From positions 1,309,538 to 1,373,537 of the forward strand of contig JAAOMT010000128.1 of the NCBI GenBank assembly GCA_016748015.1: a DNA stretch of 64,000 nucleotides, written 5' to 3'. The notes under the pieces were generated by a model that saw only the letters and a list, made by a program, of their open reading frames with translations, made no database searches and was not told the DNA's origin. The position numbers were made by a program, and so were the translations under genes. Shown piece after piece: positions 12,909-25,084 of this stretch. The stretch's first letter is position 1. The number at the start of each line of letters is the position of its first letter. The stretch comes from Geosiphon pyriformis uo1 (Eukaryota > Fungi > Glomeromycota).

Positions 12909-12932
12909 AAATAACACAGCAACAAATTCAAA

Positions 12933-15900
12933 GTGGCAACTGCTTCAGACATCACAATCTTAGAGTACTATCAATCGATTTACACACACTGCAAACAACA
13001 ATTTGAAATATGCGACAGAATCATAGCTTTCAAGAAAACACTTTTTCAATACATCGAAAATCGAATCAACGACTATCTCTTTGGAAACTATAACATTACA
13101 ACAGTTAAAAGAGATCTTCTTGAAAACATACTACACTATTCCAACACTGAATCAGAAAACATTAGTGCTGAAGCTTGCACTACTTATTTTGAGGAACTCG
13201 ATTATAATATCATTCGATTCTGTGAAGAAAAATATCCTGCAAATGCACAATTTGCCTTTGAACTCGAATCTGAACCTGAAACCAGTAGCAACAAAAGACA
13301 AAAAGATAACCGACCTGTTCACACAACACCTAATACTTCCAAAATATCATTCAAACATTTACAAACACCTGAACAAGGAACCAGCTCAAAACTTCCACTT
13401 ACTATCACACTTTTTCCAGCTTCACTTGCACAAACACAAACACCTAATTCACTCTTAAATCGATTTGTAAGACCAGAAGATTTTACATCACTCAGAAGTC
13501 CCATCAGACAACAAGAACCCCTTCAAACTAGTTCCAATCTTCTTGATTTTCTAGCTGAAAATCAAAGTGAACACTCTGAGACAGCAGCAAACGAAGAAAA
13601 CAACTCTGAAATAACTGAAGAAGAATCAATAGACAGTGAAAATGAAGAAGACAAAATGACAACATACATTGCAAAAATCCCTGACTTTAATGAAGAAGAC
13701 ATTGAGACCAGTCCTCAAGAATGGCTCGACCAAGTTACTAAAGCCAGAAATGCAAATGGATGGAATGCCACCAGAATGTTAAGAACAATTTCATACTTTC
13801 TCAAAGGAACAGCAGAAGAATGGTTTGAAAACCTGGCCGCCTTATTCAATGATTGGAACGCTTTCAAAGCAGCCTTCCTTGAACAGTTCACCAACAATAA
13901 TACCTCCATCACTCTTCACAATCATTTTCAAAATATCAAACAAGAACCCTCCAAATCTGTTATGACTTATATTGAGAAATTCAACAAACTTCTCAGACGG
14001 ATTCGCCAACTCAAGACAAACAATTATTATTCTGATGCTTAAATCTTGGATCAATTTATCACTGGTCTAAAAGATAAACTAATTAAAAAAGTTTGCCCAC
14101 ATGCGCCAAAAGATTTAAACTCTGCCATACAGCATGCGAAAAGATACGAAATGGCCATGGAAGAGGCCAATCATACAAAACTTGTAAATTTGGCAATTAG
14201 AAAAACCAGCTCAGCAGCTGAGGAAAAAATTGACCAACTCACAAAGAAGGTTGAAAACTATTTTACCAACCAACAACAACAAAGATATCAACCACCCCAA
14301 AGACAAAATCAAAATAACTTTGCACCACTTTCCAATAACCAGCCTCAGAATTGCCATTACTGTGGAATCTCTGGCCACTGGAAAAGAGATTGCAGAAAGC
14401 TACAACGAGACCAACAAAATAGGAGTAATCAATGTTACTCTCCACCACAGCAATCTTATTATCAACCATTACCACCAGCTTACTATCCACCAAGACCCCA
14501 ATACCAAAATAACTATTATCAGCCTGCCTTACAATTAATCCAACTGCAATACCAACAACCACCCACACAACATTATCAAGTACCTGCTCGAAGACTGATT
14601 ACACAAAATCAATTCACACCACAAAACCGATACCAAGTAAACAACAGTAGAATCAATTCGAACAACCAATTGGTTCCCCAAAATACCACTCAACCAAGAC
14701 CCAACCACTACCACACTTAATCCAGTTATTTAACAATGCTAGAAGAACAGGATTTTCACCATACTGTACTCTCGGAAGGTAGAGCTACAGCACAACAACA
14801 ACAAAACCTTTCTTATAACCACACCATTATTCTATCAGCCCGAATTGCTGAAAATGCCAATCTCTCTGATATCTTTCCTTTCGAATTTGAAGCAAATGAA
14901 TCACCATTCTTGCTTAGCAATGCAGCGACTAATGAGCAAAAAGCCATCACTGCAATGTACACAGAAACTGAAGTAAAAGAAAAGCCAATTCACTTGATCC
15001 TAGACAGTGGATCCACCGGAAGCATTATCACCTACCAGTTAATACAACAGTTGAAAAGAAATGTCGACTGACCAGCTCAAACAGTAATCGTTACTGCTGA
15101 TGGCATAAAAAAGACCCCAGTAGGAAAAATTAACAATTTTCTATTCACTCTTGATGGAATCACCATTTCAGTCAAAGTTCTTGTAATGGACGCACCCCAG
15201 TACCAAGCTCTCATCGGAAATGATTGGCTTCAAAAAGCCAATGCTAATCTGAATTGGGAAACACAAGAGTTAACAATCTCCTACCAAGGACAACACGCCT
15301 AGGTACCTGCCATTTGTGGTATATTTAACAAATGCTCTGAAAAAGCCCCGGCTTTTGAATTTGAACCAGAAGAAAAAAAACCAATAATCGAAACATTCAT
15401 GGCTTTTGGATCAACGTTCAACTGGGCCGATGAAACAGAACAAGAACATTTTATTCCACACACTAAACCCAAAACCTCTGGATGGAATATACTTTACTCA
15501 AAACCTGAACCAAGAAAACAATACCCCTATATTCCCCTTAAAGGTAAGGATTGCCACAAGAAACTATCATCAATGGGAGTCTGCATTTTACCTGAAGAAG
15601 AATATGAGAATCATACTTGTTATTACTGCAAGGCTTGCCACAGAGAGTGATGGAGCCATCTAATAAAAAGGAGCAGAAAATGGGACAACACCCCTTGTTT
15701 GACTTGTGGAGATATGCTACTGGAGGAATGCAATTGGATTGATATAGCAATGAGAGGAGGCGTCTGCGATCAGACCTGCCAATATGTTTTATCAATTTCA
15801 GAAAAAGTAAAAAGAGGAACACTCTTTAATGCAGCATACAACAGTGCTCTTAACAAACTTTATCATTACCCTCATGATGCCGAGATAATTTTCAACTTAG

Positions 15901-18536
15901 CAATGGCATTAATTAATAGAGCTACCAAAGAAGATGTTCGTCAAATGAAAGAAGCAGAATACATTGAATACACTATGGAATTAGCTGGATTCGATTACGA
16001 AGATGAAGTAGAAGTCTACCACCAAATTGCAAGTCACACCTACCCAACCCAAGAAGCTCAAATTTAACAATTAGAGCAAATAAACATTAGGCTATGTGAA
16101 GAATACATTATGCTTTGCAATGAACAGTGGTGTCCTGAATGCTATGCTCTTAGTATCCCCTTGTCCAGCGAAAATGATAAGAATGAAATTGAATTTGGAG
16201 AACCTAAAGAAATGGAAGAAATTAAAACAACACCCATCTACTTTATCGAAAATCAGCCTGCCTTACAACTTAAATACTTCAACAACAATGAACAAGGAAT
16301 AAAATCTGAAAAAACACATGAAATTAATGCTGGATATGACCTAAGATATTCAGGCAAGGATACTCTTGTTCTCAAACCCAAATCTCTCACAAAAATCAAT
16401 CTCAAAATTGCACTCAAAATCCCGTCAGGAGCAATAGTTCAAATCACCTTCCGGTCCTCTCTGGCAAGCAAAGGAATCAATGTCAGAAGAGGAATAATTA
16501 ATGCTGGATATACTGGAGACATAACAGTGATGCTTCAAAATGAAACTGACAAACCATTCAAGATCGAACATGCTGAAAAAATTGCCCAAGCTATTTACCT
16601 ACCCTTAATCAACATTTCGGGTTTGCAACTAGTCAATCAAAAAGAACAATTAGGAAAAAGTGATAGAGAAACCCAAGGTTTTGGTTCAACTGGACGATTC
16701 ACAGTTCCAGTTAATATAGCTCTTAACACACAGAATGAATCCCACCAGATTCTCAGACTCCCACAACTGATTACTATCTCACCCTTTGGAGAACATCCGG
16801 AAATCTACACCTGCCCAAAGCTAACAACCACACAACAAATTTTTGAGTCCAATGAACAAGTTTGCTTGGAACATAATATTTCGATCTCAAACATTTATAT
16901 TCCAGAAGGAACAAAGAAAGTCTGAGTTACTTTTTACAACCCCAATAATTACCCCATAATTTTATTAAATAATTTAGAAATTGGAGTTATTCACAGTAAT
17001 ATATTTCAACAAAAATTACCCCAAATAGTTTCCAATTTCTCTGAAATTATTGGACATTCAATACCAAAAACCAACTCTAACCCCAGCTCTGAAAACTACC
17101 ATGTTGTCATGGAAAAACTATCTCGAATCAACATGGAACAACTTGAAGCACAACAACAGACCCAGCTCAAAGAGCTAATTGCAGAATTTGCTGACATTTT
17201 TGCCGAAAACAACAATGACTTAGGAAGAACTAATTTGGTTCAACACCAAATCTATACAGGAGATGCCAAACCAAGGCAACAACAAGCCTACCGAGTTGTC
17301 CCAGAAAGTCACCAATTTATCCGAGAAGAAGTACAATGGATGCTTAACAATGGGCTTATTCAATCATCAATAAGCCCATAGGCCTCATCTGTGGTCCTAG
17401 TTAAAAAGAAAAATGGAAAGATATGATTTTGTGTTGATTACCGACAACTCAACAGTGTCACCATTGGGGATACCTATTCTCTTTCCCGAATTGATGACAT
17501 GTTGGATGCCCTTGGAAAATCCAAATACTTTTCAACATTAGATTTAGAGAGTGAATACTGACAAGTTGCTATGGATCCCAAAAACCACCCCAAAACAGCA
17601 TTCACCATTCAAGGAGGAAATTACGAGTTCAATGTAATGTCTTTTGGATTATGCAATGCACTAGCAACATTCCAAAGACTCATGGATGTTGTTTACAAAG
17701 GCCTCCTTTGGAAATCAGTAGTAGTTTATCTTGATGACACTGATGTTTATTCACCATCTTTCAAGCTATATTTAATTCACCTGTGAGAAGTTTTTCAATG
17801 ATTACAGAAAGCAGGATTGAAACTGAACATTGAAAAATGCTACTTCGGAAAAACAAGTTTAGCTTTTCTTGGTCACATTGTTAGCAAAGATGGAATTAAA
17901 CCAGACCCCAGAAAAATCAGTACTGTCAAGAACTTCAAGACTCCACAAAATACCACAGAATTAAGAGGATTTATTGGATTAGCATTCTATTACTGAAAAT
18001 TCATTAAAGAATTCTCAGAAATTGCAAAACCCCTCAACCAGCTTACTACTAAAAATGTCGAATACAAATAGACAGAAGAACACCAAAATGCCTTCGAGAT
18101 ACTTAAGGAAAAACTCACAACAGCTCCAATCCTCGCCTATCCAGATTTCAGCAACTGATTCCGATTAGCAACTGACACCCCTTATACTGCCTTTGGTGTT
18201 ATCCTATCACAGTTAAATAACAATGGAAATGAGCGAGTAATTGCTTATGCTAGTAAAACATTAAAGTCAGCTGAAAAGAACTACCCCGCAACAGAATTAG
18301 AAACCGCAGTAGTAATCTGGGCCCTACATCACTTCAACCTTTACCTCAGACCCAAAGAATTTGATATTATCATTGATAATATTGGACTTAAATGGCTTCA
18401 AAACAAAAACACCCAGCTGAATGCAAAACAAACTCGATGGACAGGATTTTTAGCTAATTACCAATATATTGTATACCACAAATTAAGAAAACTCCACACC
18501 AACATTGATTGTCTCTCAAGAATGAGGCAAGATTAG
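12933..18536 (+). pseudogene. gag-pol: B ORF1: gag-protease-Cys-rich domain-dUTPase-RT-RNase H in one frame
   Basis: ORFs 12933, 14046, 14736, 15399, 15699, 16110, 17109 and 17571 are all in one frame; CHYCGISGHWKRDC, LILDSGSTGS, YLDD and IAYASK motifs; ends LSRMRQD* at TAG 18534-18536. Confidence 0.93.
16263..16695 (+). pseudogene. dut: dUTPase domain of B
   Basis: All five trimeric dUTPase motifs: AGYDL, RSSLA, GIINAGYTGDI, KIAQ, RETQGFGSTG. Confidence 0.93.
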
Positions 18537-18585
18537 AAAACAAAACCAACACCCAATTGAATTAACAGCATCAAAACAACAAACA

Positions 18586-19970
18586 ATGAACCCCGAAAAC
18601 TACAACAATCTCAAACAATATTTGGAGACATTAACAATCCCAACAGATTGGTCCCCAGACGAAAAACATCGGTTACAACAACAAGCCAAACAATATTTTC
18701 TACACAACAACATTATCTATAATCGAAATTTCAAAAACCCAACCAAACCACTCAGATTAATACAAGAACAGGAAAAAAAGACCATTTTATACAATATGCA
18801 TTCAGATCCTTCATCAGCACACTTTGGAAAAGATAGCACCACCCAAAGAACACTAGAATACTACTTTTGGCCTCGAATGAGAAAAGACATTCACAAATAT
18901 ATCGAATCTTGTGATAGTTGTCAAAGAAGAGGAGGAACTTGCTCTACAGAACTTTTAAATCCAATCAAAGTTGGACAGTCTTTTGACAGAGTTGGTATCA
19001 ATTTAGTCGGACCACTATCTATTACCACTCAAGGAAACTGTTATATTGCAGTAGCTGTAGACTATCTTACTAAATGGCCTGAAGCCAGAGCCATTCAACA
19101 AGCAGATGCAAAATCAGTAGCAAATTTCATCTACAAAGACATCATTTATAGACATGGATGTCCAATTGAACTTTTATCCGATCAAGGAACACACTTTGTG
19201 AACAACCTGATACAAGAAATTTGTGAACGATTCAATGTCAAAAGACCTCTGTCTTCGCCCTACCATTTACAAACAAACGGACTTGTGGAACGTTTTAACA
19301 GAACATTGTGTGAGTCATTAGCCAAAGTCTCAACCGATTTTGAGCAAGAATGGGATCTCTTTATTCTATCAGTGTTACTAGCATATAGGACATTAAAACA
19401 AAATACCATGAAACACACACCATTTGATTTAACTTATGGAAGGATGGCAACGTTACCAATTAGTTTCACAGTAGAAACATACCCAGCATACCGATCGATG
19501 AAAACAATTTCCAAAAAATGCTTCAGCGAAGAGCCTACACTCTGCTTAGCACATTGGAAGGAAAACGACAAATAGCAGCCACCCATATTGAACACTCCTA
19601 AGCTCAACAAAAAGAACAGCATGATGACAAATTGCCTTCAATCACCAATAAATTTAAAATTGGAAACAAAGTTCTCTTACACAGAACTAAAGCTGAAAAA
19701 CAATGGAGTGGAAAATTTGAAAATAAATGGGATGGACTATTCTTTATCCATGAAGTCCTAGGCAATGGATCATACAAGCTAAGACTTGATGACAAAATCC
19801 TAGCAAAAGTTGCACATGGAGATCGTTTGAAACACTATCATTCCAGAAACAATCCTGAACTATTAATTCCACAAATTGGTACACATTCCCCTTTGGTCAG
19901 TCCTGAAGATATTCCCCAAAACTTAGAACCAATAGTTGTCATTGAACAACCTTCCAACCTGAACACTTAA
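18586..19970 (+). pseudogene. int: B integrase (own ATG; HHCC, DDE core, GPY/F; one frameshift near 19490)
   Basis: MHSD..AHFG...CDSC, LSDQG, GLVERFN, FKIGNKVLL..KWDGLF; no chromodomain seen. Confidence 0.93.
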
Positions 19971-20087
19971 TTTAATTTTAACTAGTTATTCTCTTATAAT
20001 TTAGAAACAATCTCACAAAAACAAAACAAAAATAACATAAAAACCCATACACCAAAAATAATTTTTATTTTTTTTCAATTGCTTATA

Positions 20088-20807
20088 ATGACTATTCCTC
20101 AAAACATTCAACAATTATCCCAAAAACTAATGTTAGCTTTAAAAACAATACCCGAATTATCCATTACTGTTATTGGAAACCACATTAATTATACCCAAAC
20201 AGAAGTAGTTACAAATTTAGCCCCAAATTCACGAAAATATCACCCATATAAAAAGAACACAAGAAGTTATACTGGAATTCATCTGCCAGAACTTTTAAAG
20301 CTTGCTTTAAGAGAAAATCTAATGCTCACTCTGATTAGTATTCCACCAAATGCTACAATTCAACAAAAACTTCAACTGTGTCTCAATGAGGAAAACACTG
20401 AATATCCTCCAATCTATAGATTTTTTCACATTGGAAAAACACTCTACGAACGGAAACTGGAACTTACAACAGCAAACCTCACAAAAAAAGCTATTCAGAA
20501 ACAACTCCACAACGAATTCAAGACAACAGCTGGATTAACAAACAGTCACTACAGGCTTAGAGCTGCTCTTAGACTTTATGACCTATTCCACACCTGTGAA
20601 AACATACTACAAAACCCAATTTTTCAACCTTTGAAGATTCAATATATTGGAAAGCTCACAGAACTGAAATTTCAACAATTTTCAGACCAAATTTCTTCAA
20701 TAATTTTGGATTATTATCTGGAAATAACAGACAGTACTTGGACTTCGACGGAGCTCAGTCTTGAGGAGGAGGTTATGTTACTAAACGAAATTAGAAATAT
20801 CATTTAG
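20088..20807 (+). CDS. B ORF3: unknown accessory protein at the env position (true end probably LDFDGAQS* at 20764)
   Basis: Open for about 240 codons from MTIPQNIQQLSQKL; homologous to ORF3 of A and C; no signal peptide or TM segment visible. Confidence 0.75.
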   Translation: MTIPQNIQQLSQKLMLALKTIPELSITVIGNHINYTQTEVVTNLAPNSRKYHPYKKNTRSYTGIHLPELLKLALRENLMLTLISIPPNATIQQKLQLCLNEENTEYPPIYRFFHIGKTLYERKLELTTANLTKKAIQKQLHNEFKTTAGLTNSHYRLRAALRLYDLFHTCENILQNPIFQPLKIQYIGKLTELKFQQFSDQISSIILDYYLEITDSTWTSTELSLEEEVMLLNEIRNII

Positions 20808-21758
20808 CATAAAACTATCTTATAATTTTTATCATTAATTAGCATATATTATCGTTTCAAATTATCACTTATTACATTAGCAAAGAATGTCCAAAATTAT
20901 CATTTAATTAATAACCCAAATTGTATACAACACAAATATAACCTAATTGCGATGATCAATCATGCAATACCCCGAACTATGTAACATTCAAAAGTTCGCT
21001 GAAATTTGTAGAAATTCGCCGAAATAATTGATAGTTTACCAAAATATCTAATAGTTCACAGAAATAACTTGTAGTTTGTCGAAATGTATCTTTAGTTCAG
21101 CAAAATTGTAGAAAATAGCAAAGTTCAAGTTCATAGAATAGTGTTATAACAAGTTGTATAAAAGAAGAGCTTCTCTCTTCAAGAAAATATATCTTATTTT
21201 AGATTTATCTCTTAAAACCGTTCTTATACACACAAAAAGAAATAAATATCAAATAATTCGAAAAACCAAATTCTTTAATTATTGTACTTGGAAAATCTCC
21301 AAAACCCAACTAACATTTCGAAATTGATTAGCTACCAATTTCAGTAAACTGTTAGTGACTCCAGACCTGGATAGAAAATGTTTCTCGTGACAAAATTTTA
21401 TTTCTGTTACATTTTTTTTATTTTCTTTTATTTTTCTTATTACAATTATTAGGGTAGCCTACAGACGAGATTCTTGTAGAAGAGTTAACTTTCACAGCAA
21501 AGTAACTACACATTTTTAGTGAGCTTCCAGACGAGCAATTCCTGGGAAAGAGTTGACGTTTACTACAATGTAACTACATAAAGCAACTGGCACGGAATTG
21601 GCCATTCTACTCATAAGCCCAGCAAGTTCAAATTATAGGAGATAATTTGAAGTTAAAAATTCAGTTACTGGAGGTTCAACCACATCTAGAAAACGTGAAT
21701 TCACAGCAAATAAGTATCAAAAACATTACAGAAAAGAGACCAAAAACCTCCGGTAACA
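20776..21758 (+). repeat. 3' LTR of B (983 bp), preceded by PPT GAGGAGGAGG
   Basis: TGTTAC...GTAACA; repeat of 11912-12890. Confidence 0.96.
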
Positions 21759-21762
21759 ACAA

Positions 21763-24700
21763 GAGCAAACTGACTTCAAGCTGGAAATGGAAAGAAGAAA
21801 AAGAAGATAAAGGGAAAGGAAAAAAAAAAGAGACCACTCAAACCACCACTGCTTATAACACCTACATTACACCACAATGATCTATCTATTGTCGACCCAA
21901 GCTTATATGCGTCGATTGTGACAAGAAATTGTTGTCAATAGGTGCATGCTGTGGAGACGATAAGGAATATTCAACGGCAACTAGGTTCTATTGCTGCCCA
22001 TGCATCCTTGAATGCTTTGGAAGACCAAAACGAGTAGGGAAATGGGACAATCAGCCATGCTTAGCTTGTGGAGAGACTCTCTTGGACGAAAGAATATGGC
22101 ATGACATTCCAGGACATGGAGAAACGTGCGACATGTTGTGTCAATACATAATTCTAATAAGCGATTGGGTAAGGAAAGGAACTCCAATAGAAGCAGCCTA
22201 GAAAAGAGCCGTACAATGACTGGACAGTTGCCCACATGACGACAACGAAATTTGGCAAATGGCACTTGCAAAAATCAAAGGGGTGACACCAGAAGAGATA
22301 AAAGCGATCAAAAACAACCCCTCAGAACCTTTAGAGCTTGACTGGGATGCAGAACCCATTATAAACCTCCTGAATCTGAAACAATTCCACGAACACTACC
22401 AAGAATTAGCACCCACAAGAGAAGAACAAGAACAACAATTAGAGCAGTTGAATGCTTGATTATGTCAACACTGCCTAATTTCCTGTGACTTCCAGTATTG
22501 CGATGAGTGTGACCTCATTTACAATCCACCACCACGCATGATCTACATGATCTCGGAAGAGGAAAAACCAATCAGCAGCTGCACATCAGAATCAAAATTG
22601 CCAATCAATCATGATTCAAACTCTGACAATGATGATAACAACAATGGTTCAAGCTCCACTTAAAATGGCAATGACAACGACAATGATTTCAACTCAGATA
22701 CAAACTCCAATTTAAACTATGAACAATACATTGCACTACCAGATCTCTCCAAGGAACAAGAGTTGAAATAGTATAGTGACAATGGGGAAGGTATTATGCC
22801 AGAACGTGCACATAATACTGATACAGGGTTTGATCTGAGATATCCAGGAAAAGATGACATCAAATTAGAACCACATTCACGCACCTGCATTGATCTGAAA
22901 ATAGCACTAGAAATTCCGGCAACAACCATGGTTCAATTAGCATCTAGGAGTAGTTTAGCGAAAAAAAGGATTAATATAAGAGGAGGAATAATTGATGTGG
23001 GATATATAGGAAATATTATCGCTATGCTACAAAATGACTCAAAAAAAGCCTATGTAATAGAGCCCAAAGAAAAGATAGCACAGACAATATTCCTGCCTCT
23101 GGTTAGAATAGCTCAGTTAGTATCAGTGGGAAAGAAAGAAGAATTAGGAATAACAGCAAGAGAAATACAGGAATTCGGATTCACAGGTAGAATAGATGTA
23201 CCAGTTAACATGGCAGAGAAAGAAATTGTTAGCCAAGGAGAAATAATCTCAACTGGTCAAGCTATTTTCATTCCATCATATAGCCAGTATATGTTAACAA
23301 TAGAAAGAAAGGAAAAGAAGCAAGAACAGATGTTTGAAGCGGAAGCAATCCTTTGTGAATTGAGAGAGATTGGGTTGATCAATCTCCACATACCAGCCAA
23401 AAGCTATAGCAGCATAAAAATTCTCATCTACAACAATACTGGCAATGTCATCAGCATACCAGAAGGAACCACTATCGGATATTTAACCACAAAAATAGAA
23501 GACCAATCACCAAACCCCATTCCAGACTTTTCATAACTTTGTGGATATGTTGACATCACATCACAAACAATCTATGAATGAAACGAATGTTATTTGCTTC
23601 AACCAAAACAATTGGAACAAATGAACATGGGAAACTTAGATCCACTCCAATGTATGCAGCTCAAGATGTTACTCAACAATTTCAATGACATCTTTGCCAG
23701 CGAAAATGAGTTTGACCAAACTGACATCATCCAGCATCAAATCAAGACTGGAGATACAATGCCAATCAAACAAAAAGCATACAGAGTGCTGCCAGCCAGC
23801 CACAAAATTATTCATCAAGAGATAAACAGAATGCTTGACAACGGGCTAATTCAACCATCAATGAGTTCATGGTTGTCACCAGTGGTACTCGTCCGTAAGA
23901 AAAATGGAAAAATCCGGTTTTGTGTAGACTACAGGAAACTCAATGGTGTAACTCGTGGAGACAGTTATCCAACTCCACGAATACAGGAATTATTTGATGC
24001 TTTCGGTGGGAACAAATGGTTCTCCACATTAGATTTGGACAGTGGTTACTGGCAAGTAGCCATGAATCCAGCTGACAAAGAGAAGATGGCATTTACTACT
24101 AGAGAAGGGAACTTTGAATTTGAAGTAATGCCATTCGGCTTAACCAATGCTCCAGCGACATTCCAATGGCTAATGGAAATTGTTTATACAGACTTATTGT
24201 GGAAATCAGTAATTGTATACTTGGATAACACCAATGTATTCTCAAAGACATTTGATGATCATCTTCATCATCTTCAATAAGTGTTCGAAAGACTAAGAAG
24301 AGCAGGACTGAAGTTAAATACCACAAAGTGCTTTTTTGACAAGACAAAACTCAAATTCTTGGGACACATAGTCAGCAAAGACAGCATCAAAACAGATCCA
24401 GAGAAAATAAAAATAGTAAAGAACTTTTCAGTACCAACCAATATAACAGAACTGAAATCATTCTTGGGATTTGCCAGCTACTATCATCATTTTATCAAGA
24501 ACTTTTCCAAGATAGCGCAGCCACTCAACCAACTACAAAACAAAAATGCGAAATATGAATGGACAGAAAGTCAACAAGAAGCTTTTGATATTCTGAGGAA
24601 AAAGCTCATCCAAGCTCCAGTACTGATCTATTCAGATTACAGCAAGCCATTTATCATCACCACTAATGCATCCGGCCAAGCATTGGGAGCAGTATTATCT

Positions 24701-25021
24701 CAGAGAGAACCAGACGGCAGAGAACATCTAGTAGCATATGCCAGCAGAGGTTTAACACCAGCCGAAAAGAACTATGGAACACTGGAACAAGAACACTTAG
24801 CAATATACTAGGCCGTCATGAAATGGAAAGAATACTTGAGCCAAAAGTTTGAAGTATACACAGATCACAAGGAATTGACATCACTCCAAAAACAAGAATT
24901 TGGAGATGGAAGACAGTCAAGATAAAAAATGGCACTCGCATCATACAATTATACTATATATTACAAAAAGGGAAAAGACAATGGAAATGCTGATGATTTA
25001 TCATGAATAAGACAAATCTAA
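21763..25021 (+). pseudogene. pol: A: Cys-rich domain, dUTPase, RT, RNase H (frame continuous with gag once B is removed)
   Basis: B plus TSD is 9851 bp, which accounts exactly for the frame offset; RFCVDYRKLN, MPFGLTNAPATFQ, YLDN and VAYASR motifs; ends ..RQI* at 25019-25021. Confidence 0.93.
22760..23190 (+). pseudogene. dut: dUTPase domain of A
   Basis: TGFDL, RSSLA, GIIDVGYIGNI, KIAQ, REIQEFGFTG. Confidence 0.92.
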
Positions 25022-25084
25022 GAACATTTCAACCCAAAAATATAATAAAACCAGAACAATACCAACGGAAAAATACAACAAAAG

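Larger units (their letters stand above)
11912..21758 (+). mobile_element. Ty3/Gypsy LTR retrotransposon B (9847 bp) nested in A
   Basis: LTRs 11912-12890 and 20776-21758; TSD ATGA/ACAA (inferred ancestral ACGA); empty site present in copy C near 37305. Confidence 0.97.

Noticed and set aside
12779-13006. ORF in U5 of the B LTR crossing the PBS
   Set aside because: TTG start, different frame from gag, and not conserved in the other B-type LTRs
10603-14568. Antisense and alternate-frame ORFs over gag (10603-10923, 13081-13458, 14263-14568; also 38220-38603)
   Set aside because: Shadows of Gln/Pro/Asn-rich codon usage with no motifs
20765-20807. B ORF3 reading through the PPT into the 3' LTR
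   Set aside because: The terminus homologous to A and C (LDFDGAQS*) is in another frame and ends at 20764, so the read-through is probably a copy-specific frameshift
20079-20807. ORF3 as a retroviral envelope
   Set aside because: Short, with no signal peptide, furin site, fusion peptide or TM helix visible
24217-24230. YLDN instead of YxDD in the RT of both A and C as a novel catalytic variant
   Set aside because: GAC>AAC fits the pervasive G>A decay, and B retains YLDD
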